This document shows, one piece after another, positions 1-10,798 of a stretch of 64,000 nt of DNA. The stretch lies in the NCBI GenBank assembly GCA_964016885.1, contig OZ024740.1, positions 44,144,001-44,208,000 on the forward strand, read 5' to 3'. The position numbers were made by a program, and so were the translations under genes. This stretch comes from Eledone cirrhosa (taxonomy: Eukaryota). How positions within the stretch are numbered: position 1 is the stretch's first letter; every line of letters starts with the position of its first letter. The notes beneath the pieces are model-generated. The model saw nothing but the letters and a program-made list of their open reading frames with translations. It did not search any database and was not told where the DNA came from.

Positions 1-162
1 GACTGTCAAGAACCAATGTGAGTTGTCACTTTCCTGTTATCTGGGGTCTTCCGACAGACTCTGCCTGTAATCCCAAAAGGTACGCGGGCTGATGAGGTTG
101 GTGCATGTCTTAAGGCCTCCCCACTTTGGCGTTATGTAAGAAAGCTGTCACTTACAACAAAC

Positions 163-971
163 ATGAGAGCACAACTGCAAGGTGATGAGACATCAGCGGG
201 ATTTGCTGCTGCTATTTTGTCGTTGGGAGATGGCAAAGTCCCACTCAACGGAGATGGTGCAGCGGACCTCACAGGGATTTGCAGATGCTTTAAGTCAATT
301 GCTGAGTTACGGACGTCTGCTTTTCCTAATCTTGAGGAGAATTACACGAATCAAGAGTGGTTGTATGAGCGCGCAATATTGGCTTCGAAAAACCACATAG
401 TTGGAAACATCAATGAACAGCTCATGCTGGGCTTGCCTGGAAACCTGCATGTTACAAGTCCCTTGACTCAATGGCTGATCCAGACGAAGTTGTTAATTAC
501 CCCACAGGATTTCTTAACTCCCTAGACCCTCCCCGATTGCCACCACACTCACTGCGACTTAAAAAATGTGCCCCTGTCATGCTCCTCAGGAATTTGGAAC
601 GCCGAAGGCTTTCCAACGGCATGCGTCTGGTCGTCCAAAAGGCGATGCCTCATGTTATTGAGGCAACAATACGTACAGGATATGGTAAGGGGTATACTGT
701 CTTCATACTAAGGATACCTCTCATTCCATCGGGTAAAGACATTACTTTCACATTCAGAAGGCTGCAATTCCCTCTTCGGCTCAGTTTCGTCATGTCGATT
801 AACAAATCACAGGGTCAGACGCTGTCGGTCGTAGGGCTTAATTTAGATGAACCGTGCTTCTCCCATGGTCAACTATATGTTGGCTGCTCTCGAGTGGGAA
901 GCCGACATAACCTATTTGCTTTTGAAAATCGCGAGAAAACACAAAATATAGCCTATAGGGATGTTTTGTAG
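163..971 (+). pseudogene. Frameshifted Helitron Pif1-family helicase C-terminal fragment
   Basis: Two overlapping ORFs in different frames that together give contiguous Pif1 C-terminal motifs; homology appears to continue to the window start. Confidence 0.88.
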
Positions 972-1339
972 GCACCCCATCCGCCAACAAGTAATCGCTG
1001 TTTTATGTTTGTATAAGTGCTTACATTTGCTGTATCCGTGTGCTATTTTTGTCCTTTTGACAATACCACATACGCCTCTGAGGTTGCTTTTGCCTAACTT
1101 TATAAATGCTCAATGTCTCTGTTTTCCGCATTTATATGTTGCTATTACGCTTTTCTATTGATGTTTCGTAGTTTTAACCTAATTAATCTACTTTTCCCTA
1201 CATCTTATTTTCACAGTTTTTTGACATTCCAGCGTGATCTTGCCAAGGCCGTTTTTGTGGCCACCGACTGTTGCATGCTTTTCTAGGTTACAATCTCAAA
1301 TAACAAGCAAAGCAAATACGACACACCAAAGTAGTGTGA

Positions 1340-1556
1340 AGGACTTCTTAAGGCCACCACCTCTAATCGGAGTCGTCTTTGCTGACAGCTCTGCCGCTGG
1401 GACTTTTAAGAGTTAACGATCCAAGGCCCTCTTCATGGCCACCAACTTTAAATTGTTACCATCGGATTCGTCTTTGCCGGCAGCACCGCCGCAGAGATAT
1501 TTCAAAGTGAACGTTCAAAGGCCCTCTTTAGGGCCAACACCTATAAATTGTTACTT
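1340..1556 (+). repeat. Imperfect ~95-100 bp tandem duplication in the Helitron 3' region
   Basis: Recurring AAGGCCCTCTT..GGCCA.CA.CT.TAAATTGTTAC and ATCGGA.TCGTCTTTGC blocks. Confidence 0.7.
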
Positions 1557-1887
1557 CTATAGTAGTGTTTAACGGAAGTCTTTCAGTTCATTTGAACGAC
1601 TACTCCATTGAGAGTTGTACCGGGAAACGCCGGGTACCTCTTCTAGTTCATAATAAATTACAATCATTAAATATATCCATTTAGAATATTTTAGGTGAAG
1701 ATGAGATGAATGTTTAAATTTATAATCACTTCCTGTGATAATAACAAAGCTAAACACATGCATATGTAGGTGGGAAGATGCTTAGCTAATTGGATGGATA
1801 TATTTACAGAAACAGACATACAAATATACAGACACGCGCAGACGCCCACACGTACATACACACCCACATACGAACGTACACGTGAAG

Positions 1888-1946
1888 AGATAGATAGCTA
1901 GCTAGGTAAGTAAGTAGAGAGATGGATAAAAAAATAGATAGATAGG

Positions 1947-1984
<38 letters not shown>

Positions 1985-2006
1985 TATTTCTATAGATAGA
2001 TAGGTA
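1888..2006. repeat. (GATA)n microsatellite
   Basis: Visible tagatagata run. Confidence 0.9.
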
Positions 2007-2511
2007 GAATCTTGTTTGCTCTCAATTCTAGGCGTTCTCAGTTCATTACAGATGTTACAGCCCATAACGTCTCCTTACTATATTTGATGATCTTTCCAGT
2101 ATAACTGACATAACACAGCTATAACTATCAAAGAATCGCCTTTCTTATAGAAAGTACGCCCTCTTAATTATTTTCTAGTCGTGGAAATACTCAAGATTCT
2201 AACATTTTTATTTTTATCTTACAAACCTCTAGTAAAATAGAAAGAAAAAGAAAATGCATTTAATCCGTGAAGGAATTGTAGGGAGGTCATTCTGACATAA
2301 TGCGTGTCTTGTGCTTTTTAACTTGGTGGAGTCTTTAACTGTCCAGATTGGAACACAGCCGATTTCTTTCTTTCGGAGAGAGGAAGAAAGAGATAGAGGA
2401 AGAGAGAGAGAGAGGGGGGAGAGAGAAAGCGAGAGGGAGAGGGAGAGAAATAAAGGGAGATAGTGAGAGAGAGGGTGGGAGATAGTGACAGAAAGTGGTA
2501 TGAAGGAAGAA

Positions 2512-2660
2512 TCGACCTCGGTACCGTTACTTTATTTATTGGCTTCGAAAGGATGAAAGACAAATTTAACCTCAGCGTCTTTGAACTCACAACATAGTCA
2601 GCCGGAACAAGTAACGAAACAGTTTTAATCCGACATTCTAATGAATTTGACCATTCGGTG
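2512..2660 (-). mobile_element. Diverged tRNA-derived SINE (family A)
   Basis: Diverged match to the family A core (GGATGAAAG.CAAA.TTAACCTC.GC...TTTGAACTCA on + strand). Confidence 0.6.
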
Positions 2661-3960
2661 CTACACATGTAACAGTATTGCTCTGAAGTCTAGTTCTATG
2701 CTGCTATATAAACACGCATCATCTATTACAAGGCTATACATCTAACTGGTAATTATGCACTTACAATCACACCACAACGACCTCTCTACGTACATGATGT
2801 CTCTTCTCTCTCTCTCTCTGTCATATCTCTCATACAACAGCACTGGTTCTTCTCAATTAGGTATTCGTACCCAACATCTATCCTGGCTCACCTGGCTCAT
2901 CTATCGTCGTTACTAGACCCGACATTAACCTACTCTTAACAATCTATGTTCTACAAAACGTCAACCCTCTGGAATTCTTTTCGGACTGAGTTGATCCTGT
3001 TGAATCCAAGTAACTGATGTTCAAACCGAATATCAGTTGTATCGATCTTTCCAGTGATTATCTCCAGATCACCTATGATCAAAGGTGTATAGGCTGTAAC
3101 ATGTTACAAATCTTCAAACCAAACATCAACAATATCGCTATCTGCAGTGATTACCCCAGACCACATATAATCAAAGATTTACAGGCTGTACACCATCCTA
3201 TCAGATGAAACCCACTACTACGTTATTCAATGTCACTTTTTCTAAGACAGGGAATTACAATTTTAGGAAGATTTGGCTGCTAATTCTAACAGTTTCAGCA
3301 AAATGAAAGGGGTCTTCCGACGGTTCATTTTTAGTGTGTATGCATTGTGCAAAAATCATCTAACCTAGTGATTAAGGTGTTGCGATGACGGTCTTAGGTT
3401 CGTGGTTTCGAGTCCTTGTGTTCTTGGGCAAAGTGTATATTATTTCACGTTACTTCTTTTGTCAGCAATAGACAAAATAAATAAAGACATCGCTTCCCTT
3501 GGTCCGATCTGACGACATCATCCTTTCCTATTCCCAATGCATGCAACAGAAAATATATAAAACAAATAATAAACTAACTTGGTTTAATATATTCCAACGA
3601 ACAATGCTATTGAAATAACACGAAAGTAAATCCAATTTGTGCGAGATAATTAGTTCTTATTAATATCATTCGATGGAGTTTATATAGATCATCGATCAAA
3701 TTGCTCCATTTAAAGGCTATGTTTTGTACCAATTTATGAAAGGCGGATTATCCACTGAGAATATCCCTAACAACCAAAGTCAACATGTAACAGAGCAACA
3801 ATGTCCGTGATCATGTTTCCAATTCTGGAGGAAATTCGAACATTCAGGAAACAGAAACCGGGAGATTTTTATATTTACGGTTTTTATCTCATTTTTTGTT
3901 GGGGGAGGCTGCAAAACAAGATTTTTATGGAAGAAATATGAAAAGGCATGAGTTTTATAA

Positions 3961-4018
<58 letters not shown>

Positions 4019-5069
4019 TCATTTATATTTTCTGCTTCACCAATGGATAGAACAATAGAACAGGTCATTCCGTTTAGTTAATCATGATGTATTAGTCTGA
4101 AAAGCACTCTACGTTACGCAACTCATCCAACGTTTCTGTTGAATCCCGTGGCTGGTGTTAAATATTAATTTGATTAAAATAATGAGTGACCCGACTGGTA
4201 GTATTCATTTATAGTTTTATTATTGCAAAAAACGCTATATATATATCAATGTCCTGGTTACGTAAGATCCTGGCGACATCATCTGGTTCAGATTGCATGA
4301 TTAGTTAATCAATAAAAGAATTATAGCAAACAGAAACAGAGAATAGAGAAACTATTTGAATCAGAGATGACCCGTGAAATACGTGTTATTGCTGCTGTAG
4401 ACCATCTCTGAATAACAAAATTCATCAATGCAAAGCATTGTAGGTTTGGTAGACGCGACCTAGGTGGGTGTAGGAATTGTGTGGTGGCCACATAAGTTAC
4501 TATGTTATAGATATTGCTATGCCGTTAATGTGAGCCACCCGGTCTGCTGTCACAGAGATTATGGGTAATACATTCTGTGTGAATATACCCTGGCAAAAAA
4601 ACAGCAAATTTTGGCGGTGGAGAAAATCAGATTAAAGGAGACATGTTCTATGGACTTCAAGAAGGTTATAACGATATTTTAACGAAACACTGGCAATAAC
4701 TAATATATATAATTACTTCTAATTTATACTTTTATTAATCTTTTCTTAATATATCTTTTCCGTATAGTATTTTCCGTAATTCGGAACTTTCATTACTTTT
4801 TGTAATTTTTTATAAATTTTTATTACTTATTATAACTTTGTATAACCCTCTTGACCTCCATAAAAGATCCATGCTATGTTAACATCAATTTTGGATGGTA
4901 TAAATGCGGTAGTTTTTGAAGTATGGTAGTGAGAATGTGGTAGATATTTTAGAAATAGTAATAACATATTATTGGGAGAAGGAGCAGGTGTCGCAAGACG
5001 GAATAGATAACTCTTTTTAAGTCTGGTGGTAAGGACCAATGTAGTAATTTCAGCGGTATCTCACTCTTG

Positions 5070-5840
5070 TCGGTTGATAGTTCTGGCCCGTATAATTTTA
5101 GAACGTCTAAATGCCTTTATTTTTCCGAGAACTGTGTCGGAGTCTCAATGTGGTTTTCGTAAAAAAAGAGGTACTATTTACATGATTTTCACAACCAGGC
5201 AATTACAAGAAGAATGTATTGAACAGAAACTCTCTGCCTATCATTCATTTGTCGATTCTCAGCAAGGCTCTCGATACCGTGAACAGAAATGCTTTTAGAA
5301 TGTGAACAAATTCTTGAAGACATCCAAATGTGAACACATTTTGCTCACATTTGGATGTCTTCAAGAATTTGTTCACATTCTAAAAGCCATGCACAAATAT
5401 ATCAAAGCCAGGGTTAATTGTTTGGGACCACTTTTAGAACCTTTTACAGTAGAAAATGGAGTAAAACAGGGGGACCTTGGTGCATCCACTTTATTTATAA
5501 TTTACTTTGCTGCAATGTTGTCCCTTGCCTTTCTGAACAAAAATGGTGGTGTCAATGTCATACAAAAGGAAATGTTTTTCATCTGTCAAGATTGAAATTC
5601 AAATCCAAAGTTTTCACTTCATTGGTTTGAGACTTGCTGTATATCAATGATTGGGACCTTGTTAGTCATACAGATCATGGCTTGTAATCGCTTATCTCTT
5701 TATTTGATGCAACATGTGATGTCTTTGGCCTTATAATTAACCCTAAGAAAACTGTGGTCATGTGTCAACCTGAAAATATATAGGAAAACTTCTTGAGGTT
5801 GTCGAATCTTTCATATACCTTGGTAGCTCTGTCAATAAAA
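5070..5840 (+). pseudogene. Decayed RTE-clade LINE reverse transcriptase fragment
   Basis: SESQCGFRKKRGTIYMIFTTRQLQEECIEQ and VENGVKQGD motifs across frames with stops and frameshifts. Confidence 0.85.
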
Positions 5841-5859
5841 AAATTTGCGAAATATTTTG

Positions 5860-5954
5860 GACTAAACTGGCAACCCCACCAGTACAACCTGTCTCATCCA
5901 TGAGACAGGTTGTACTGGGATACATGTTACCAGTAGCACTAAGTGACCTGACCA
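5860..5954 (-). mobile_element. Short 5'-end piece of the RTE-derived bipartite element, with an internal inversion
   Basis: CATGAGACAGGTTGTACTGGGATACATGTTACCAGTAGCAC matches ~13991-14031; preceded by opposite-orientation pieces GACTAAACTGGCAACCCCACC and CAGTACAACCTGTCTCAT. Confidence 0.75.
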
Positions 5955-5989
5955 ACATACATACATACATATAACTAATATATTTACAT

Positions 5990-6334
5990 TATTCTTAAAC
6001 TCCGGAGCTGAGAATCTTTCGGTTTCCTAAATAGAATATTAGTCTTATGACTCAATTTATACCATAGATGAGGTTTTATTTTTTGTCTTTGCGTGTAATT
6101 GTCCTCATCGATCCACATAACGACGTAATTATCCTCGCCTTTTTCCGTTCATTGCCAGGGAACGTCTTCACGAACCAAAGTATCGTCTTCCTGTTTTCCT
6201 TCGGTTGCATCGTTCTTCGAAATATTTACTTCTGCGTCCACAGACTGATTTTTTTTTAGTTTCAGAAGATCCCGTTAAGGGTGAAAGTAGCGATTCTTTG
6301 CTTAAACTTTAATCTGTTATTTTAATATATATAT
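5990..6334 (+). mobile_element. Degenerate Penelope-like 3' end / pseudo-LTR with a decayed hammerhead-like core
   Basis: CAGAAGA-TCCC-GTTA-AGGG-TGAAA at ~6263-6286 resembles CUGANGA-stemII-GAAA with a core mutation; ends in (TA)n; segment shared with ~22340-22426. Confidence 0.45.
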
Positions 6335-6461
6335 ATAGGAAAAAGTATGACCCCAACGGCAGAGCTCAAGCCGTTTCGACGGCTATTTCTGGACTGAAAT
6401 AGTCCAGAAATAGCTGTCGAGACGGCCTGAGCTCTGCCGTCGGGGTCATACTTTTGCCTAT
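6335..6461. repeat. Fold-back palindrome (61-bp arms, 5-nt loop) centred on a hammerhead stem-II hairpin
   Basis: 6335-6395 is the reverse complement of 6401-6461 with about 5 mismatches; TGGACT-gaaat-AGTCCA-GAAA-TAGCTG-TC is the 3' half of a hammerhead. Confidence 0.9.
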
Positions 6462-6789
6462 TTCCTCTCTACTACCCTAAGTATTGAGTACTCTGGTTCG
6501 TTATGGTCCATCTGGTTCCTTACCACAATTCCTTTGTTATATATATATATATATATATATAAAAATATATAATATATCGTTTCTGAATTTGTTTAGCAAG
6601 ATTCTTTATCTGAAAACGTGTGTTGAAACCGATATTGTTATACTTTGGGAGGGTCATGTTGCCAATAAGAAACACACGTACCAGTTGCTTTCACTCCAAT
6701 TTATTATAAATTAAATTATAAATTTAAAATGTTTTTTATTATAAATTTCCGGTTGGTTGGTTCCACAACCGGACGGTTGTTCATATATT

Positions 6790-6832
6790 GCCAAAGTTCT
6801 TTCGTCACACATTCGGTGACCTCTTCAGTGAC
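6790..6832 (-). ncRNA. Minimal type-I hammerhead ribozyme in a Penelope pLTR
   Basis: Minus strand: gtca-CTGAAGA-g-gtcac(cgaatgt)gtgac-GAAA-gaac-TT-tggc; 4-bp stem I, 5-bp stem II, CUU cleavage triplet. Confidence 0.8.
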
Positions 6833-7027
6833 TGGGGATTCTTTTCTTTTGTTTTGTGTCACTCCTTTGTTCTGTCCTACGCCATATCGTTTTTGTGTGT
6901 GTTGTGTGGTTAGTTTGCGCATGTGTTACATCCGGGTGTTTGAGTGTGTTTTTATTTGTTTATTTATTTGTTTATTTACATGTTACTAGTTGGTTGTTTG
7001 TTCTATGTGTGTGTTTTCATTTTGTAC

Positions 7028-7345
7028 TTAATTGTAAGTTGTGATGTTGCTATTCCATTCATGTTTCCTATTTAATTTTGGTTGGAGTTCATTTATGTTT
7101 ATTGCCTCTGTGTTTTGTCTAATCATTGCGTCTTTTCTGTGTGTAGATTTTATTTTTATTTCTATGTTCTCTAATTTGCCCTTATGTTCTATTTTAGCAT
7201 GTTGGTAGAGTACTGATGATTCTTTTCTATCTTGAAGCTCTCGCCATTGTTCATTTAATCGTTCTCCTATACTACGAGCTGTCTCACCTATGTACACTAT
7301 ATTCTTATCTTTACATTGTTCTTCAGTACATCTTATGTTATATAC
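7028..7345 (-). pseudogene. Penelope GIY-YIG endonuclease domain (C-terminal fragment of the PLE ORF)
   Basis: IVY / YIGET GIY-YIG motifs, conserved R, E and LN motifs, and Cys residues typical of PLE endonucleases. Confidence 0.88.
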
Positions 7346-7634
7346 TATGTTTCTAGTTTTACAGTTAATATGGGGGCTTAGTTTACGGATTATGCATTTC
7401 TTATCTATACAGGGAGGTCTTTGAAAAGGGTATGTATTACTAATAAGTGTTTTTATGGAGGTACCTGGTCTTTCTACTCTCTTAATATTTAGTTTAAGTT
7501 CATGTAGGGCCCTTCTAAATGTGTAAGCTAATTCACCTCTAGGGGTGTATTGATGAACATTAATTTATAATAAATTGGAGTGAAAGCAGCTGGTGCGTGT
7601 GTTTCTTATTGGCAACATGACCCTCCCAAAGTAT

Positions 7635-7685
<51 letters not shown>

Positions 7686-7780
7686 ACGCGTAGGGATTTC
7701 TGTTACTAATGTACTACTGCCATAGACAACACTGTCTGGAATCGAATTTTTTCGATCGATTGGTTATTGATTAGACGAGA

Positions 7781-7891
7781 CCAGCTGATGAAGCCACATG
7801 CGCCGATTGTGCATTATTGCATAATAAATGAAAACAATAGATTCTGTACGCTCTCTTACTGCATTAAGTGTGGCCGAAACTCGTGTACAGG
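7781..7891 (+). ncRNA. Degenerate hammerhead with a ~70-nt stem-II loop
   Basis: ccag-CTGATGA-agccaca...tgtggcc-GAAA-ctcgtg-TA-cagg; core intact, single mismatches in stems I, II and III; between (TA)n tracts. Confidence 0.6.
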
Positions 7892-8089
7892 TATCCATTT
7901 ATGGTACACATTTACGTGTGTTGTATTGAGGCAAATAACTTTGTGTCTACTCTGGGATGTATACATAACCTTACCTACTGAGTACACTGAGATGCAACCG
8001 GTACTAGCAGGGAAACCTTATGGTAGTCCCGTCAATTTTTTTTATTTATATATATATATATATATATACATACAATAAAGATGAAAAGG

Positions 8090-8830
8090 CGAAGTTGAAG
8101 GTGTTACATTCCCTTATTATTTGAGCCGTTATATATATTTCAATGACGATAAATATCGTCATCTCTTCAGCCAGCAAAAATTGATTAAAAGGTAACATTT
8201 CTGAGACAATTTTATTTGGAATGAGCGGACTAAAGGAATGCGTTTTTGCTTTGGTTGTCCGACCCCTTCTGGTTTCAGGCTCTCCTGACAGCTCTGCGCA
8301 TGTCGCAGGGGTGTAGGGGTAGCTGACCCCTTCACTTACACCCAGAATACTACCAACCTTGTATGTTCTCTCTATCTACCAATCTCCCACCACCTCGGCC
8401 GACAACTCGATATGGTCAGTGGGAGTTCAAGTCAGCCAAAGTTTACTGCTAGCTTTGGCAACCAGTAGGATTTGGGTGCATTTCTACCCCGTTATAGCGG
8501 GATAATCACCCCGAAGCGAGAAGTTCTCTTCTGCTCTGGTTAATAGAACTTATCATAGAAAATATTTAAAGTTTCACAACCCGAAAACATTTCTAAATTT
8601 CAGACGTTAAGAGTTAAAAGTCAAGACAACTAGACAACAGTCAATTTGCTAAGGATAAGAAAATATCTGGCCACTTGTCGAGGATGGCATGTAAAATTTA
8701 AAGTATCTAATTTAACGAGTGTTGAAATTAAAAATTAAACGAATGTAAAAAATTAAACAAATGTAAAAATTAAACAATTCTACTGTTGGCTTACCGGTGA
8801 ATCCGATAGAGACAAAATATACATTGATGA
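8090..8830 (-). mobile_element. Decayed Penelope-like 3' end / pseudo-LTR
   Basis: Contains the hammerhead at 8125-8175; weak resemblance to a PLE ORF C-terminus near 8640-8810; next to (TA)n. Confidence 0.5.
8125..8175 (-). ncRNA. Type-I hammerhead ribozyme (near intact)
   Basis: Minus strand: gctgg-CTGAAGA-gatgacgat(attt)atcgtcatt-GAAA-tatata-TA-acggc; 9-bp stem II, palindromic stem III ATATATAT; first stem-I pair mismatched. Confidence 0.72.
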
Positions 8831-9192
8831 TTTAAGGAAAAATGTACAAGTAAGGAAGAACGGGGAAAAGGGGGATTATAAATAGAATAAAATGAAGGGG
8901 GGGGGGGGATATGAATATAAGGTAAAAAGACCTATAAAGAGAATGAAGGAAACATAGAAGGAAAAATCAGTGATAAATGTCTGAGTAGGGGCGAATTATA
9001 GAGAGTCAGTTATATTCACAGCGCTTCGGATATTTTGGTCCGTGCAGTTGCAGCTGGGTGAACCTCGCAGGCTGTCCATGGCTATACGAGGTGGGGTGGA
9101 ACCCGGCAGGATATCCGCCTTCCAGGGTGCTGTATGGAGAATATATATATAAGGGAATAAAGAATCAGTGTTTCATTTATACATATTTAATT

Positions 9193-9284
9193 ACACATTA
9201 CATATGTTTCACTGTCGATCAGCTCAAGGAACGATCGATTAATGATCGATCTAGACTCTGGAATCAGAAGCTCCTCAGATATGT
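9193..9284 (-). ncRNA. Type-I hammerhead ribozyme with extended stem II
   Basis: Minus strand: acatat-CTGAGGA-gct...agt-GAAA-catatg-TA-atgtgt; 6-bp stem I, palindromic stem III ACATATGT, GUA triplet, inner GATCGAT/ATCGATC hairpin in loop II. Confidence 0.75.
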
Positions 9285-9366
9285 GTTCACATGTAGACAC
9301 GCGTCTAATATACATACATACATACATACATACATACATACATACATACATACATACATACATACA

Positions 9367-9396
<30 letters not shown>

Positions 9397-9397
<1 letters not shown>

Positions 9398-10754
9398 GAT
9401 GGACCCATAAATGAGGAGAGAACCAGCACTGAATACCTCAGAAGAGTAAAGAAAATATGATCATCAGAACTGTCAGCCTACAACAAATACATTGCCCACA
9501 ATACTTATGCTGTGCCAATTCTAACGCCAGCATTTGGCCTGCTGAACTGGTCATTGCAAGAACTAAGTGAGATGGATGTTAGAACTCGAAAACTTCTCAG
9601 TGTTACTGGTAACTTTAACATCAATGGTGATGTGGATAGGCTATACTTCTCACGCAAGCAAGGTGGCCGGGGTCTAAAATCAATATTAACAACATATGAG
9701 ACCCGGATAGTATAACTGAAGCAACACCTTCAACAGAGGAAAAGGGTTGGCAACCATCTTGTCCAGGTTTATGAGCATGAAAAAAAAATATCATTAGAAT
9801 AGCGACTGATCTGGAGGAGAGATATGGAATAAGGCCTGATATAAATCTCTCACCCAGAGAAATCGGAAGATCCTATTCAATGTTCAAACAAGATAAAAAA
9901 TTGACCAATTTACAGAAAAAGTTCTGCATGGATACTTGAGGCGTAAAACACAGACCATAGAGGGGATAAACCACCCAAAAAGCCTGGCATGGAGTTCCGA
10001 CAAGTTTATGACATCACACCTTGAGGGATATCTCTATGCAATACAGGAACAAGAACTCCCTATCTGCTGCACAAAAGAGGAGGGCCAGCAGCTGACAATA
10101 AATGTAGGCTATGTAAAATAAAGATCGAGGATGTAAACCACATTGTTGCCAGCTGCGAAAGAATGTCATCTCGCTACTACCTCCCCATGAGACACGATGG
10201 GATAGCTAGAACCATCTGGAACGCACTTCAGAAAACAAAATTAACAACAAACGAAGAAGAATATATTGAGACAGATGGCACTAAGGAATACTGGTGGAAC
10301 CTGAAAATAAAAACTGCCACCAAATTAAAGCACAACCGGCCTGATATTGTTGTTTTGGACCACACATTGAAAACGTGTTCTGTTGTGGAGATCAGCTGCC
10401 CACTTGATGTAAACGTTGTCAGAAAAATACAGGAGAAGGAGGACAAATACGGACCATTGATGAGGAGTTTACAAATCCAGTATCCAAGATACACCTTTAG
10501 CTTCATACCCATCATTATTGGAGCTACGGGTTATATACCAACCCGCTTGGACCAAAGTATGACTGAACTTGGATTTGCGGACAAAAAGCGCAGCTCCCTA
10601 ATTCATAGTCTACAAATGGCTGCGATAGCTGGCACCTTCAAAATTTGCAAAACATTCTTGCGATTCAAGGGATGACAATTTCTTTTCGTTTACAACCTTG
10701 CCACCAGGAAGGTGGCCGGTCAAAAAAAATACTCGAAATTAAGAGAAAGAGATA
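9397..10754 (+). mobile_element. 5'-truncated R4/Dong-like non-LTR retrotransposon (restriction-like endonuclease), subfamily 1
   Basis: RT thumb (DVDRLYFSRKQGGRGL), CCHC knuckle plus MRHD, HNRPDIVVLD...VVEISCP...KEDKY PD-(D/E)xK endonuclease, FIPIIIGATG; flanked by (TACA)n. Confidence 0.9.
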
Positions 10755-10798
10755 ACATACATACATACATACATACATACATACATACATACATACAT

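Larger units (their letters stand above)
1..1646 (+). mobile_element. Helitron 3' portion (Pif1 helicase C-terminus, 3' region and terminus)
   Basis: ORFs 163-525 and 471-971 are frameshifted Pif1-helicase pieces (LLRNL..RLSNGMRL, RLQFPLRLSFVMSINKSQGQT, FSHGQLYVGCSRV). Terminal hairpin GTACCGG-GAAACG-CCGGGTAC (1617-1637), then CTAG at 1643-1646 followed by T. Confidence 0.9.
6590..7640 (-). mobile_element. 5'-truncated Penelope-like element: GIY-YIG endonuclease, 3' pseudo-LTR and inverted partial pLTR
   Basis: Minus-strand CKTRNIVYNIRC...VYIGETARSIGERLNE...TEAINI...LNRKHEW; 7561-7640 is an inverted copy of ~6635-6714; (TA)n on both sides. Confidence 0.9.

Noticed and set aside
3020-3195. 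~95-bp imperfect duplication as a novel repeat
   Set aside because: Probably a decayed LINE 3'-end remnant; too diverged to classify
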